A DNA stretch of 64,000 nt from an uncultured Methanolobus sp. Lineage in GTDB: Archaea > Halobacteriota > Methanosarcinia > Methanosarcinales > Methanosarcinaceae. A program made the translations under genes and the position numbers. Positions 51,383-62,059 of this stretch are shown one piece after another (within the stretch, counting starts at the first letter, position 1; each line of letters starts with the position of its first letter). The notes beneath the pieces were generated by a model. The model was not told the origin of the DNA and made no database searches. It saw only the letters and a program-made list of their open reading frames with translations. The DNA lies in contig OY776215.1 in the NCBI GenBank assembly GCA_963675495.1, forward strand, positions 1,632,001-1,696,000, given 5' to 3'.

Positions 51383-51626
51383 ATTATTCACATTTAATAA
51401 TATTATCTGATACTTATTAATGTTAAAGCATGCATGCTGAGAATTTTGGACTGGATTTTTCGGTAGAATCCAATTCTGTTTCTATATCAACAAAAATATT
51501 ATTCATAATAAATTGTTAGTTCAAAATAAGAAAAACATAGATAATAACTATGAGATTCATAAAAACTCATATCAATAATTCTTAACCCATAAAGTATGAA
51601 AATATAAAAAAGAAGTAAGTGCTAAA

Positions 51627-51653
51627 ATTGGGTTCAAAAAATATGAACCCAAT
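51627..51653 (-). terminator. Hairpin terminator after argS
   Basis: ATTGGGTTCA-N7-TGAACCCAAT, then T-rich sequence on the minus strand. Confidence 0.65.
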
Positions 51654-53356
51654 CACATCGATTCCGGTGCACCGATACCTAGTGTATCTAGAACACTTGC
51701 AAGAACTATTTTTGCACAGTTCACAAGAGCCAGCCTGCTTGCTCTTATATCATCCTCTTCAGCACTTACCACAGGCACGAACCTGTAGAACTGATTGAAG
51801 GAGTCAGCAAGTTCTCGGGCATAAGTTGCTATTGTATGTGGTTTCAGGTCTCTTGCACAAAGATCTATTATGCTGTCAAATGATGCCATTTTCTTGATAA
51901 GATCAATTTCAGTGTCCTCGGTAAGCAATGAGGGGTCGATCTTTTGGTCTGGATTCCACTTGCCTTCGTCCTCTGCTTTTTTCAGTATGTTACATGCCCT
52001 CGCATGGGAATACTGTATGAAGGGACCACCTTGTTTCTCAAAGTCAAGTGCCTCTTTCCAGTTGAACACCGTGGACTTCTCAGGGGAAACTTTCACAATA
52101 TCATACCTGACAGCACCAATTCCCACCATGTCAGAAACTTCTTTCTTGAAATCATCTGCCATTTCTGGTCTGCGTTTTTCGACTTCCGCATAAGCCTGCT
52201 GCTCTATCTGGTCAAGCAGGTCGTCAGCAGAGATGAATTTACCACGACGGGTACTCATGGAACCTTCAGGAAGTGAGACAAACTCGAATATTACAATTTC
52301 CGGCTCATGTTTGCCGATGGCATTTAGAGTTGCCTTGAGCTGACCGGATATGAGTTTATGGTCTGATCCAAGCACATCGATCATCCTGTCTGCACGTTCT
52401 CCTTTCCACTCATGGTAGGCAAGGTCACGTGTCGTGTAAAGGGATGTTCCGTCGCTGCGCTGTATGACCAGGGTCTTTTCAAAACCATAGTCAGAAAGGT
52501 CAACTACCAAAGCACCATTATCATCTTCGGTTCTTCCGGTTGCCTTTATCTCATCAACGATCTTGGAAACAGCACCTGAGCGGATGAAACCCGATTCATG
52601 TGGGAAATTGTCATGGCTGACATTCATGCGTAAAAGCGTTTGCTTGATGCCTGTTACAGCAAATTCTACAGCTTTATCAAAGCTTTTGATCGTCTCTTCG
52701 TCGCCACTTTCCACAAGTTGCATGCGTTTATCGATCTCAGCGATCTTTTCCGGATCTTCATTGAGCAAAGCATTTGCCTTGATGTAAACATCCGCTATTG
52801 CATGATCTGATTTTCTTGAACTGTCAAACTCAAAAAGTGAGAGGGCCCATGAAACAATGGCTATCTGACGACCCATGTCATTAACATAGTACTGGGTTTC
52901 AACTTCATAACCTGCTTTTTTGAGTATACGCACAAGTGTATCGCCAATTATGGAATTGCGTATGTGTCCAACATGAAGAGGACCATTTGGGTTAGCTGAA
53001 GTGTGTTCCAGCAGTATTTTACCCTGACAGAAATTGCCACCAAATGCCTCTTTTTCATCAAGTATAGCAAGTACCGTATTGTCAACATAATTGCGTCCTG
53101 CAGTTATGTTTATGTAAGGACCAACTGTCTTGATATCACCTATCAGGGATTCATCGGGCAATTCAATAGCTGCGACTATTTTATCAGCAAGCTCTTTTGG
53201 ATTGCTCTTTGCCTGTGCAGCCAGCCTGAAAGCGACCTTTGAAGCAATATCCGCATGCTGTGAAGACTCAAGTCCCAGGTCATCTGTTTCAAAACCTAGG
53301 GATCCAAGGGCATTCTCAAGAGCTTCCGTAACCTGTTTTTTAAATTCAAGGAACAA
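51653..53356 (-). CDS. argS: Arginine--tRNA ligase
   Basis: EHTSANPNGPLHVGH, MSTRRG and QYSHAR motifs; TTG start after AGGTG. Confidence 0.97.
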   Translation of the reverse strand: MFLEFKKQVTEALENALGSLGFETDDLGLESSQHADIASKVAFRLAAQAKSNPKELADKIVAAIELPDESLIGDIKTVGPYINITAGRNYVDNTVLAILDEKEAFGGNFCQGKILLEHTSANPNGPLHVGHIRNSIIGDTLVRILKKAGYEVETQYYVNDMGRQIAIVSWALSLFEFDSSRKSDHAIADVYIKANALLNEDPEKIAEIDKRMQLVESGDEETIKSFDKAVEFAVTGIKQTLLRMNVSHDNFPHESGFIRSGAVSKIVDEIKATGRTEDDNGALVVDLSDYGFEKTLVIQRSDGTSLYTTRDLAYHEWKGERADRMIDVLGSDHKLISGQLKATLNAIGKHEPEIVIFEFVSLPEGSMSTRRGKFISADDLLDQIEQQAYAEVEKRRPEMADDFKKEVSDMVGIGAVRYDIVKVSPEKSTVFNWKEALDFEKQGGPFIQYSHARACNILKKAEDEGKWNPDQKIDPSLLTEDTEIDLIKKMASFDSIIDLCARDLKPHTIATYARELADSFNQFYRFVPVVSAEEDDIRASRLALVNCAKIVLASVLDTLGIGAPESM

Positions 53357-53384
53357 AGATAACACCTACATTATAATTAATAAA

Positions 53385-54629
53385 TCAGACACCGGTATTG
53401 AATCGCAATATGGCCACTATTCCACCAAAAGCATTCAGGAGCTGAGAACCTTCTTCAAAGTCGGTTGATATGAACTCGACCTCTGTTGCCATCTGGTCCG
53501 CGAGTTCTGAGAGTTCATCAACGATGTCTACTCTTTCAACTAGCTCAACGTTAGTTCCACAGACAGGACAGGCTCCACCAGAAGTATCCTGCTCCCCTGG
53601 TTTGAAATTGCGGGTGACCTTATCCTCGTAATCTCCATTGGGACATTTCAAAGTTAGTCTTTCTGCTCTTAGACCTTCAGATATCATCAAAATTTCCACT
53701 GCACCAATATCAAGGTTATTGCGAACCTGAACTTCACCATATGCAGCTTTCCCGGAGTCAGATACCAGTTCTGCAAGGAAACGCTGCATTAGCTTTTTCT
53801 CAACCATAAGATCGATATCTGCAAGCCTTTCACTGGCAGCATTGACAAGTTCTGAAAGTCCGGATTCATCGGTGTATGCAACATCAAAAAGTCCGAGCTG
53901 TTTTTTCAATAACTCATGGTGAAGGAATTCTCCCGACTCGAACTCTTCCTTTGTAGGAGACGGACCACCGATGAGAACACCCTGGAAGTCTTTATGATCC
54001 ACTGCCATGAAAACATCGCTCGCAGCATCACCTATTCGTTTGTAGAACTCATGGATGGCAATAAGCCTCAATTGCTGGAACCTGTGAGCACTCTGACCTC
54101 CTTTCCTCTGCTTCCCGGGAACTGTTGAGGTTAGGGTTCTAAAATGTTCTATGTGTTTTCCCACAAGAAGACCTACTGTTGCTTCTCTCCTGTCAAGGAC
54201 CAGCAGACCGTACGTCTTTACATCCCTTAACATCTCCTCAAGTGGCTCAAGGAAAAATGAGGAGTCGCAGTGATACCTGTATGTGACAATAGGCTGGGGT
54301 GGTTCGACTATGGTTGTTTCCATGCTAGTCTTGTTAGCACCTATATCCACAGCTCCTGTGAAAAAAACGATACCGTTCTCAGGAACTTCAACATACCTTA
54401 ATCTTGAAAGGAGGGATTCAAGAGCACCCTGTACGTTATCACGCGTCACCTTGGATTTGATGTTAGCAGCCTGGCCGTGTTCTCCTTTGAGCTGGGACGT
54501 AACATCAGATATGTGTTTTGAGGGAGGGATATACAAAGAAACTAGTTCGGTTCCACGTCCTTTTTTGACGCGTAGATTCTCTAATTTCTTTTTGAATTCA
54601 TATTTTGAATGAGCGGATTGTTCTGACAT
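53385..54629 (-). CDS. prf1: Archaeal peptide chain release factor aRF1
   Basis: NIKS, YHCDS.F and GGQS motifs. Confidence 0.97.
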   Translation of the reverse strand: MSEQSAHSKYEFKKKLENLRVKKGRGTELVSLYIPPSKHISDVTSQLKGEHGQAANIKSKVTRDNVQGALESLLSRLRYVEVPENGIVFFTGAVDIGANKTSMETTIVEPPQPIVTYRYHCDSSFFLEPLEEMLRDVKTYGLLVLDRREATVGLLVGKHIEHFRTLTSTVPGKQRKGGQSAHRFQQLRLIAIHEFYKRIGDAASDVFMAVDHKDFQGVLIGGPSPTKEEFESGEFLHHELLKKQLGLFDVAYTDESGLSELVNAASERLADIDLMVEKKLMQRFLAELVSDSGKAAYGEVQVRNNLDIGAVEILMISEGLRAERLTLKCPNGDYEDKVTRNFKPGEQDTSGGACPVCGTNVELVERVDIVDELSELADQMATEVEFISTDFEEGSQLLNAFGGIVAILRFNTGV

Positions 54630-54791
54630 TGTGTGAATACTCCGGTTAAAATGAAGAGATAATCTATATCTTCGATTATTTTTGTTGCCTATGTATACGT
54701 TGCTATAAATATAGATTGTGACAGAAGTTGTGGCAGGTGGGCATTGTAATTCTTTTACTGAAAAATAATATAAATCATGTAATATACTATA

Positions 54792-55730
54792 TTACATAAG
54801 ATGGGAAACAGAACCATCTTTAGAGAGCAAAACGACCCTGCTAACTTCTACGTCTTCTGCAACCTTGTAAGCAAGGTTTTCGGCCAGTTTTACTGAGAAA
54901 TCCATCACTTCATCATGGGAAGGCATTGCTTCACGAGGGAGCCTCTTTCTTGAAAAACCAAGATGCATGTACGCTTTAACCTCTATATAATCAGGTTCCG
55001 CCAGTTTAATTAGCTCCGCATAACCTTCTGAATCGAACATATTGACACCTTTGATCAGTGTTATACGTATGACAGTTCTTGTTTCCTTTGTTTTGAGCAC
55101 TTCAAGGGATTTGAGAATGTTATCCCATAGTGAAGGTGATTTTGGGAGACAGACCTTTTCATATGTTTCCCTATCAGGAGCATCAAGGCTCATGTATAAC
55201 TGGGAAGGGTTTATCTTTTCCATCATTTCAGGAACTGTACCGTTACTCACAACAAAAGTAGTCAATCCCTGTTCTTTGAATTCTTCTACCAGTTCGGGAA
55301 GATGTGGAAAAAGTGTAGGTTCCCCTGAAAGAGATATGGCCACATGCTTGGGATCCTTGCCTTCATTCCAGCGTTCAGGCGGGGCTGAGTCTCCAAACCC
55401 TGATATAAGTTTTCTCTGGGACTCTATTGAAGACCCCACTATTTCCACTGGAGAGTCCCATCCAACAGGCATGGGTACGTCCACTTCTGTGGGCCTCCAG
55501 CAGTGCAGACACTTCTGATTACACATGAGTGTTGGCGTCATCTGAAGACAGCGGTGTGAATGGATGCCATAGAAAACGGACTTGTAACATTCACCTTCAT
55601 CCTTGATAGACCTTCTAAGCCAAAGACATGTCTTGACAGCAGAATGACTTCCTGCAAGACTGTATCCCTGTTTCTTCAGCAGACTTTTAAAGTCTGTTAT
55701 ATCCTCAGTTTTTTGTTTTCTTCTGGTCAT
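54792..55730 (-). CDS. taw1: 4-demethylwyosine synthase (radical SAM, TYW1/Taw1)
   Basis: HSAVKTCLW, CYKS.FYGI.SHRC, CNQKCLHCWRP and SLSGEPT motifs. Confidence 0.95.
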   Translation of the reverse strand: MTRRKQKTEDITDFKSLLKKQGYSLAGSHSAVKTCLWLRRSIKDEGECYKSVFYGIHSHRCLQMTPTLMCNQKCLHCWRPTEVDVPMPVGWDSPVEIVGSSIESQRKLISGFGDSAPPERWNEGKDPKHVAISLSGEPTLFPHLPELVEEFKEQGLTTFVVSNGTVPEMMEKINPSQLYMSLDAPDRETYEKVCLPKSPSLWDNILKSLEVLKTKETRTVIRITLIKGVNMFDSEGYAELIKLAEPDYIEVKAYMHLGFSRKRLPREAMPSHDEVMDFSVKLAENLAYKVAEDVEVSRVVLLSKDGSVSHLM

Positions 55731-55828
55731 TTGATTTGTAGTTAATTTTCAGATATATATAATGAATGGAAAGGTCCTGAATGTGATTTACAGAAAAATG
55801 AACAGAGTGCCATTTAACAAAAATATAT

Positions 55829-56617
55829 ATGCATACGAGACTACTTTTAGGTATGAGCCTGCTGCGTAAACTCTATGATGATTCTCTCGATAAGAAAAAA
55901 ATAAGGAACACTGAAAAAAATGCTGTCGAAGCTTATAGCAAAGGACATGTACATCTCAAATTAGGATACTGTGAAGAAGCCATTGAATCTTACATCAAAG
56001 CTGAAGAACTGTGGAATTCCCTGGGAGATATATTTTCTGCGCAGGGAATGGATAAAGAAGCCTCAAGGGCATATACGCAGGCAGTTGATACATGGTTTGC
56101 CAGAAGTTTTGTACTTTATAAGATGGGGAAAAATGAAGAGGCATTGGAACTTATAGACAGAACCCTTGAAAAACATGCAACTAATCCTAAAATTTTTTGT
56201 AGTAAAGCACTGATTCTCTTTGAAAATGAAAAATATGAAGATGCTCTTAAATGCCTTGATAATGCTCTGGACCTGAATGTTGAAGACCCGGGTTCATGGT
56301 GCTACAAAGGTAACACTTTATGCAAACTTGGCAGATACGATGAGGCATTGGAAGCATATGATAGATCCATAGAATTGTCAAATCCTCAGACTTTTCAATT
56401 CCCCCGTTTCGCCTGGATATCAAAGAGTTCTTCCTCACAGATACTACCTGATTCTGCACAGGCATGGTATTGTAAAGGTGTTGCCCTTTTTGAACTTAAA
56501 AGATACGATGAAGCTCAAAGAGCACTCGGGAATCTACTGGAAATAGAACCGGAGTTTGAGGATGCAATAGAACTCAGGATATTTTGTTCCAAAAAATCAA
56601 AAATGGAATCAGATTGA
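55829..56617 (+). CDS. Tetratricopeptide repeat protein
   Basis: Repeated W..KG..L..LGRY.EA units; start may be ATG 55853. Confidence 0.88.
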   Translation: MHTRLLLGMSLLRKLYDDSLDKKKIRNTEKNAVEAYSKGHVHLKLGYCEEAIESYIKAEELWNSLGDIFSAQGMDKEASRAYTQAVDTWFARSFVLYKMGKNEEALELIDRTLEKHATNPKIFCSKALILFENEKYEDALKCLDNALDLNVEDPGSWCYKGNTLCKLGRYDEALEAYDRSIELSNPQTFQFPRFAWISKSSSSQILPDSAQAWYCKGVALFELKRYDEAQRALGNLLEIEPEFEDAIELRIFCSKKSKMESD

Positions 56618-56642
56618 AATAAAAAATAGTAATAGAAAATGA

Positions 56643-56667
56643 AAGGGAAAATTAGCTTTATTCCCTT
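56643..56667. terminator. Hairpin between the convergent TPR gene and mtbA
   Basis: AAGGGAA-N11-TTCCCTT with flanking A/T runs. Confidence 0.5.
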
Positions 56668-56691
56668 CCCATTATTTTTCTATATGTGATA

Positions 56692-57711
56692 TCAATATTT
56701 GTGGCTCTTTGCCATCTCGATCATTGCCTGGAGGTTCTCGGTAGGAGTCTTGCTCACAATACCGCATCCTGGTGCCAGCAGACCAATTCCTGCATCCAGA
56801 ACCTTCTGTGACTGTTCCTTGATCTCCTCAGGTGTCCTGTTCCAGAGCATGTTAACAGGATCAAGGTTACCAACGATGACAGCATTTTTCACATTTCCTA
56901 CAGCAGTTGCAGCATCTACATTCTGGTCAACACTTATACCATCCACACCGCATGTTTCCATGACTCCAAGACCCTGGGTGGTGTCACCACAGACGTGCAG
57001 TACTGTTGGAACATTAAGCTCACGCATAGCATCACAGACCTTCTTGTGGAAAGGTACCACGAACTTCTCGTAGAACTCATTACCGATAAGCTGTGGACTT
57101 GCGGTTGGGTCAATGATGACCATTGTGTCTGCACCGTTCTCTACCATCTTCTTTGCATATGCAACACTGAACTCAGTTGTGAATTCCATGAGTGCAAGAC
57201 CAAATTCCTCCTTTGTCATAATAGCCATGAACCACTCGTCACCATTGATGTGCTGAGCGAGGGAGAAAGGACCGATCATGCTGCCCATAATAGGAAGTTC
57301 GCCTCCATACTTGTCTGCAAGGATCTTGATAGCATCACATACGACGTTGATCCTGCCGTTGTCAAGGGTGTAGCCTTTGAGCTTCTCGATGTCTTCCATG
57401 CTACTTACAACGTGACCAATCACGGATGGCTGCTGTACATCTGTACCATCTTTGATCTCACAGCCAAAGAACTCAGCTTCTGCGGTGATATCAAAAGGTA
57501 CACGTACAGCTTCAAATCCAACTACAGTGTGACCTGCTTCGGCAAGGGTTGCCATCTTTTGAGCGTCATAGTTTGCTTCAGGCCAGAAAGCGCCACAGGC
57601 TTCCATCTGTTCTACTGTTCCGGTCTGAGTTACGGATACTGCAGGCATCCTGTCAACTGGCTGACCGGTTAATGCACGTGCTAATCTTTCTTTTGGGGTA
57701 TATTCTGCCAT
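56692..57711 (-). CDS. mtbA: Methylcobamide:CoM methyltransferase, methylamine-type (MT2-A)
   Basis: Closely resembles MtbA as I recall it ([42 protein letters not shown]); Zn ligands HVC and GC. Confidence 0.88.
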   Translation of the reverse strand: MAEYTPKERLARALTGQPVDRMPAVSVTQTGTVEQMEACGAFWPEANYDAQKMATLAEAGHTVVGFEAVRVPFDITAEAEFFGCEIKDGTDVQQPSVIGHVVSSMEDIEKLKGYTLDNGRINVVCDAIKILADKYGGELPIMGSMIGPFSLAQHINGDEWFMAIMTKEEFGLALMEFTTEFSVAYAKKMVENGADTMVIIDPTASPQLIGNEFYEKFVVPFHKKVCDAMRELNVPTVLHVCGDTTQGLGVMETCGVDGISVDQNVDAATAVGNVKNAVIVGNLDPVNMLWNRTPEEIKEQSQKVLDAGIGLLAPGCGIVSKTPTENLQAMIEMAKSHKY

Positions 57712-58393
57712 TATATTAAACTCCTATAGTGTAATATTGTCAAATGGTGTTCACTTAGATATATATTTTTCGATTACACACTCGACAAGTTTAAATATAT
57801 AGAGGAAACAAATCTGGCTGGAAAGACATAAATATGAGATAATGATCATTATTACAAAAGCTGCTTTTCAAAAAAGATAAAATAATAATGGCTTCTTTTG
57901 TATCTGTTTTTGAACCATCTGAGCAAAAGAAAGTAGCTCTGCGCAAACCCATACTTAAACAATATATTAAAAAATGATTAAAATTTAAGAAACTAATCTA
58001 AAAACTCAAAGATACATAAAATATAAATATGATATTTTGTGCATGTTTGGTTTAACGCCTTAATAAGAGAAAAAAAGGCACCTTCGTGAGAAGTACAAGA
58101 TGAAACCCTATAATTGAGATATCTAAAATTAAGCAAAAAATAATTGATTTGTCATCATGTTATTTTTTAAAAAGTTTTGTGCATTAAGAATTACTGTAAA
58201 ATAATGACTTGGGTGTCAAATCCAAATGTCTAAAATAATAGTAGCATGCTAATATAAAATACAAAATCAAGCACATACCATGGATTTACAGAAAAATATA
58301 AATATAAGAAACAAATCTGTTCTTTATTGTAAAACTGTAATGTATACCCTTTCACTTCTGATAGGGCTATTTTGTCTAACATAGGAGAATATC

Positions 58394-59767
58394 ATGCAAA
58401 ATATCTACAAATACCTCAAATATGCAATTGGGGGGGAAAAAAGAACAGAAAGGGAGCATGACATAAAAGTTTTCAAAAAATCAGAAGAATTAGCTCTTAA
58501 ATATGAGATAAAATATGATCCAAGAGTTTTTGTGCCTGATGATCTTGAAGCTGCAGATTCTGTATTTGAAGCCGGTATTGAACTTCTTCATTCTGTAGGG
58601 ATATTCTGTAGAAGCACCCAGAGAGTTATCAATATTGACGAAGAGGATATTTTGAAGGCTTTGAATACCACAAACCCTCTTGAAATTGGAAGACTTAAAG
58701 AAAAAGTAATAGTACCAAATCGTTATCCTATGGCTTCATTTCCACCTGTGGTCATTGGCGGTCCCATGGGAGGAAGCATATCAGAGGATAATTTCCTTTA
58801 CATTAACTTAAGCTCTGCACAGGAGAACGTTGTACAAGGGATCTACAGCGGAGCCATGAAACAATTTGGCGGAGAATATATACAACCAAAAAGCCCGTTG
58901 GAGATGCTTGCAGTTCTCAAAGCATCCAGAAATGAGAGACTGGCTACCAAAATAGCCGGTAGAGAAGGACTTGCTCTTATGGGTCCAAGCACCTCAACGC
59001 TTACAACATCATCTTTGCTTGTATCATCAGATGAACTTTATTCAAGTGCTGACCCCCAGGAAGTTTACATGGATGATTTGAAAGTGGACTATGAGACCCT
59101 GTCAAAATGCATTTATCATCAGGAACATGGTAATCACTACATATCAGGCCAGGTACCTGTTTTCGGAGGACCATGTATCGGTTCCCCTGAAGGACTTGCC
59201 ATCATAGATGTAGCTGAAACCCTGCAATCAAAAGTTCTGGCTCACTCCAGTATACACGCATCCGGTGCAGTACATTCTGAAACGGGCTCATCATCTGCCA
59301 AAGAGATACTGTGGGCATCAAATATGTCATCCCTTGCACTTTCCAGAAATATGAACTATTATACTGCAAGATACTACTGGAACTGTGCTGGCATCTGCAC
59401 GGACATGATGTTCTATGAGACTGCTGCACAGACTATTGGCGACACTGTATGCGGTAGGAACATACTGCTTGGACCTGCTGGCAGACTTGGAAGCGTCCCT
59501 GACCATTCATCCGGACTCGAATCTCGATTCATGGGTGAAATTGCCCAAATGGCAACCCACCTGACCCTCTCTGAAGCTAATAAACTCGTGGCAAAGATAT
59601 ATGCAAAATATGCTGATCGCCTCAAAACCCCACCACAAGGAAAATCCTTCGAAAAATGTTACAACATACGCTCTGAATACGATATGGAACCCACCGAGGA
59701 GTATCTGGCACTTTACAGGAGGATATCTTACGATATATTAGGAGACTTCCCTGGAGAACCGGTTTGA
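58394..59767 (+). CDS. mtmB: MtmB (monomethylamine:corrinoid methyltransferase)-family protein lacking pyrrolysine
   Basis: GGPMG..ISED, PKSP.E, AGREGLALMGP, Q.P.FGG, CAG.CT.M..E..AQ, G.ESR.MGE and GKSF.KCY motifs; no in-frame TAG. Confidence 0.88.
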   Translation: MQNIYKYLKYAIGGEKRTEREHDIKVFKKSEELALKYEIKYDPRVFVPDDLEAADSVFEAGIELLHSVGIFCRSTQRVINIDEEDILKALNTTNPLEIGRLKEKVIVPNRYPMASFPPVVIGGPMGGSISEDNFLYINLSSAQENVVQGIYSGAMKQFGGEYIQPKSPLEMLAVLKASRNERLATKIAGREGLALMGPSTSTLTTSSLLVSSDELYSSADPQEVYMDDLKVDYETLSKCIYHQEHGNHYISGQVPVFGGPCIGSPEGLAIIDVAETLQSKVLAHSSIHASGAVHSETGSSSAKEILWASNMSSLALSRNMNYYTARYYWNCAGICTDMMFYETAAQTIGDTVCGRNILLGPAGRLGSVPDHSSGLESRFMGEIAQMATHLTLSEANKLVAKIYAKYADRLKTPPQGKSFEKCYNIRSEYDMEPTEEYLALYRRISYDILGDFPGEPV

Positions 59768-59999
59768 TCTGATATTTAATGACCTTTTTTCTATCAGATT
59801 GTATTTTTGTCTCCTGCACCAAAATATGTTATTCAAAGATATATAAATGGTCTTTTGATTCTATTTCAACCAATAAGAGGGTCGTTGAATCAAGGACTAT
59901 TTATAAGTGTACAACCTTGTCTTTTCGGGGTTTATTTTCAGCATAAGTTTTTCTAGTAGGATCAAGGACCCTAGCAATAGCAAGTTTGGGAAAATACGC

Positions 60000-61055
60000 A
60001 TGGTTACATCAAATGAAAAAAGCTCTATGGAAAAATTGCTGTTTGGTATGGGTGAACCAATTGCAACCATTCAAAAAAGTATATCTGACTTTGAATCCGG
60101 TAAAAGAGTGAATATCGCCATATTAGCTCCCCCTTATGCAGGAAAATCTCAACTTGTGGATGAAATTGTCAAAATGTATTCACATAAAGTAACAAAAGTC
60201 AGTTTTTCATCTATAATCAATAACAAGAATGAGATACCTTTGACTGAAGAATCTGCTAAGATTAATATATTTGATAATTGCCACTACCTGTATACGAGAA
60301 GCATCGGTGGATTCGATGTTATCAAAGAGTTTCTCAATATTATACTTTCTTCTGATGAAAAAATCCACATAAGCACATGGAATATCCACTCGTGGAATTA
60401 CCTTGATCAGGTATTGGACATAGGCAGATATTTCCCAGTACAAATAACGATTCCACCACTTGATCCTGCAGAGATGAAGGAATTCTTGCTTTCAGCATAT
60501 AAAGATAATGAAATACAGTTTGTGAATGACAGTGATGTAAGTGAGAAAAAAATATTTACTGCAGTTAAAAAACCAATTACAGAAAAGATTACCCATCGTA
60601 CTATAAATCTATACAGTCTACAAATCAACCATGTTGCCCTTAAAGCACTTCTACATAACAGAAAAACAGATGAAACTCCGGAATCCATTATCTTTAAAGA
60701 GATTACAAAGGTCTCACACGGAAATCCAGGGGTTGCAAAGGAAATATGGGACAAATGGCTAGAATACCCTGTGATAAAAACAAGTGGCAAGAATAACGAC
60801 TTCGATGCCATAGATCTTGATGATACGGGAAGATTTGTCCTTTACATTATATTGTCAATGGGCCATATCACAAAAGAAGAAATGAACAAAATTCTGTATA
60901 AGAGTCATAATGTAGATGAGATCGTAATTAATAAAATATTATTTGAAATGCTTGATCAGGATCTAATAACTATAAATGATGATTATTACAGTATAAAAAC
61001 AGAAAAACTATATCATGTTATCAAATATTTAGAGAAAATCCGGTTGGTGTGGTAA
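60000..61055 (+). CDS. Uncharacterised P-loop ATPase (AAA/STAND-like) with C-terminal wHTH
   Basis: APPYAGKS, hhhhD (INIFDNCH) and SHGNPGVA..IW motifs. Confidence 0.75.
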   Translation: MVTSNEKSSMEKLLFGMGEPIATIQKSISDFESGKRVNIAILAPPYAGKSQLVDEIVKMYSHKVTKVSFSSIINNKNEIPLTEESAKINIFDNCHYLYTRSIGGFDVIKEFLNIILSSDEKIHISTWNIHSWNYLDQVLDIGRYFPVQITIPPLDPAEMKEFLLSAYKDNEIQFVNDSDVSEKKIFTAVKKPITEKITHRTINLYSLQINHVALKALLHNRKTDETPESIIFKEITKVSHGNPGVAKEIWDKWLEYPVIKTSGKNNDFDAIDLDDTGRFVLYIILSMGHITKEEMNKILYKSHNVDEIVINKILFEMLDQDLITINDDYYSIKTEKLYHVIKYLEKIRLVW

Positions 61056-61882
61056 TGGCTGAATTGGATGTTGAAACCATCGTCACGAATTTTGGGAACA
61101 TTGACACAAGTACTGTGCTTGTCTCTTTTGCCATCATAATCCTTGCCTACGTTCTTTCAAAGATAGTGGCATTTCTGCTGACAAAGTTTTCAGAAATGAC
61201 ATGGAAATACAGGTTACACTTAAAGAATATGATCTCTATTTCCAGGGTTCTCATTTATTCATTGGCTGTCTATTACATTTTAGCCTCTGTATTTGCACTG
61301 TCTTTGAACCAGCTGGTGATACTAAGTGGTTTTATTGGTGCTGTAATTGGATTTGGTCTGAGGAACCTTTTTGAGGATATTGCAGCAGGAATTATCATCG
61401 TAATGGAAAAACCATACCAAGTAGGAGACAGGATACAAATGGGTGACTACTACGGAGAAGTAAAGGATATAGGACTCAGAGCTACCCTTATTGTCACTCC
61501 TGATGATGATCTAGTGTCAGCCCCAAACAATCTTGTATTCACACAATGTGTGGCAAGCGGCAATTCAGGCAGTTCGGAAATGATGGCCACGCTGGACATC
61601 TATATAGAGAACAATTCTGATATCGAACTGGCAATGAAAATATTAAAAGAAGCCATTGTTACTTCAAGATTCGTATACATATCTCCCACCAGACCCGTTG
61701 TTATCCTTTTAAAGGATCACCCTTTCTACGTGAGTCTAAAAGCAAAGGCATACGTGAACGACCTCAGAGATGAATTCGTATTCAGATCAGATATAACCCA
61801 GAGAACCTGGAATGAATTCTATAAAAGAGGAATTAAACCACCTAAAGCAAATATTCTGAACTATGAGAATACAGCTGAATGA
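61055..61882 (+). CDS. MscS-family mechanosensitive channel
   Basis: Three TM segments; IGFGL..LFEDI.AG, KPYQVGDRI and GEV.DIGLR motifs; TAATG overlap with the ATPase. Confidence 0.92.
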   Translation: MAELDVETIVTNFGNIDTSTVLVSFAIIILAYVLSKIVAFLLTKFSEMTWKYRLHLKNMISISRVLIYSLAVYYILASVFALSLNQLVILSGFIGAVIGFGLRNLFEDIAAGIIIVMEKPYQVGDRIQMGDYYGEVKDIGLRATLIVTPDDDLVSAPNNLVFTQCVASGNSGSSEMMATLDIYIENNSDIELAMKILKEAIVTSRFVYISPTRPVVILLKDHPFYVSLKAKAYVNDLRDEFVFRSDITQRTWNEFYKRGIKPPKANILNYENTAE

Positions 61883-62059
61883 TGTAAGGAACAAAGAAGT
61901 AAGACATATTCTCTCTCTGTTCTTGGCTCTGAAAGAATCGTGCTCCCTGTACCAAAAATCCCTTTTTGAATATATTTTGTAATGGTGCGATAGTCACATC
62001 TTTTCTACATAGTACAATAACTATTATTACTTGCATAGACTATGATAATTGGGAAAATA

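Noticed and set aside
54661-54717. AATCTATAT...ATATAGATT inverted repeat upstream of aRF1
   Set aside because: Short, very AT-rich arms about 40 nt apart, one overlapping the probable TATA box; compatible with chance
59850-59999. Possible riboswitch in the ATPase-MscS leader
   Set aside because: Only weak stems (TTGATTC/GAATCAA), and no match to fluoride or other riboswitch consensus I can recognise
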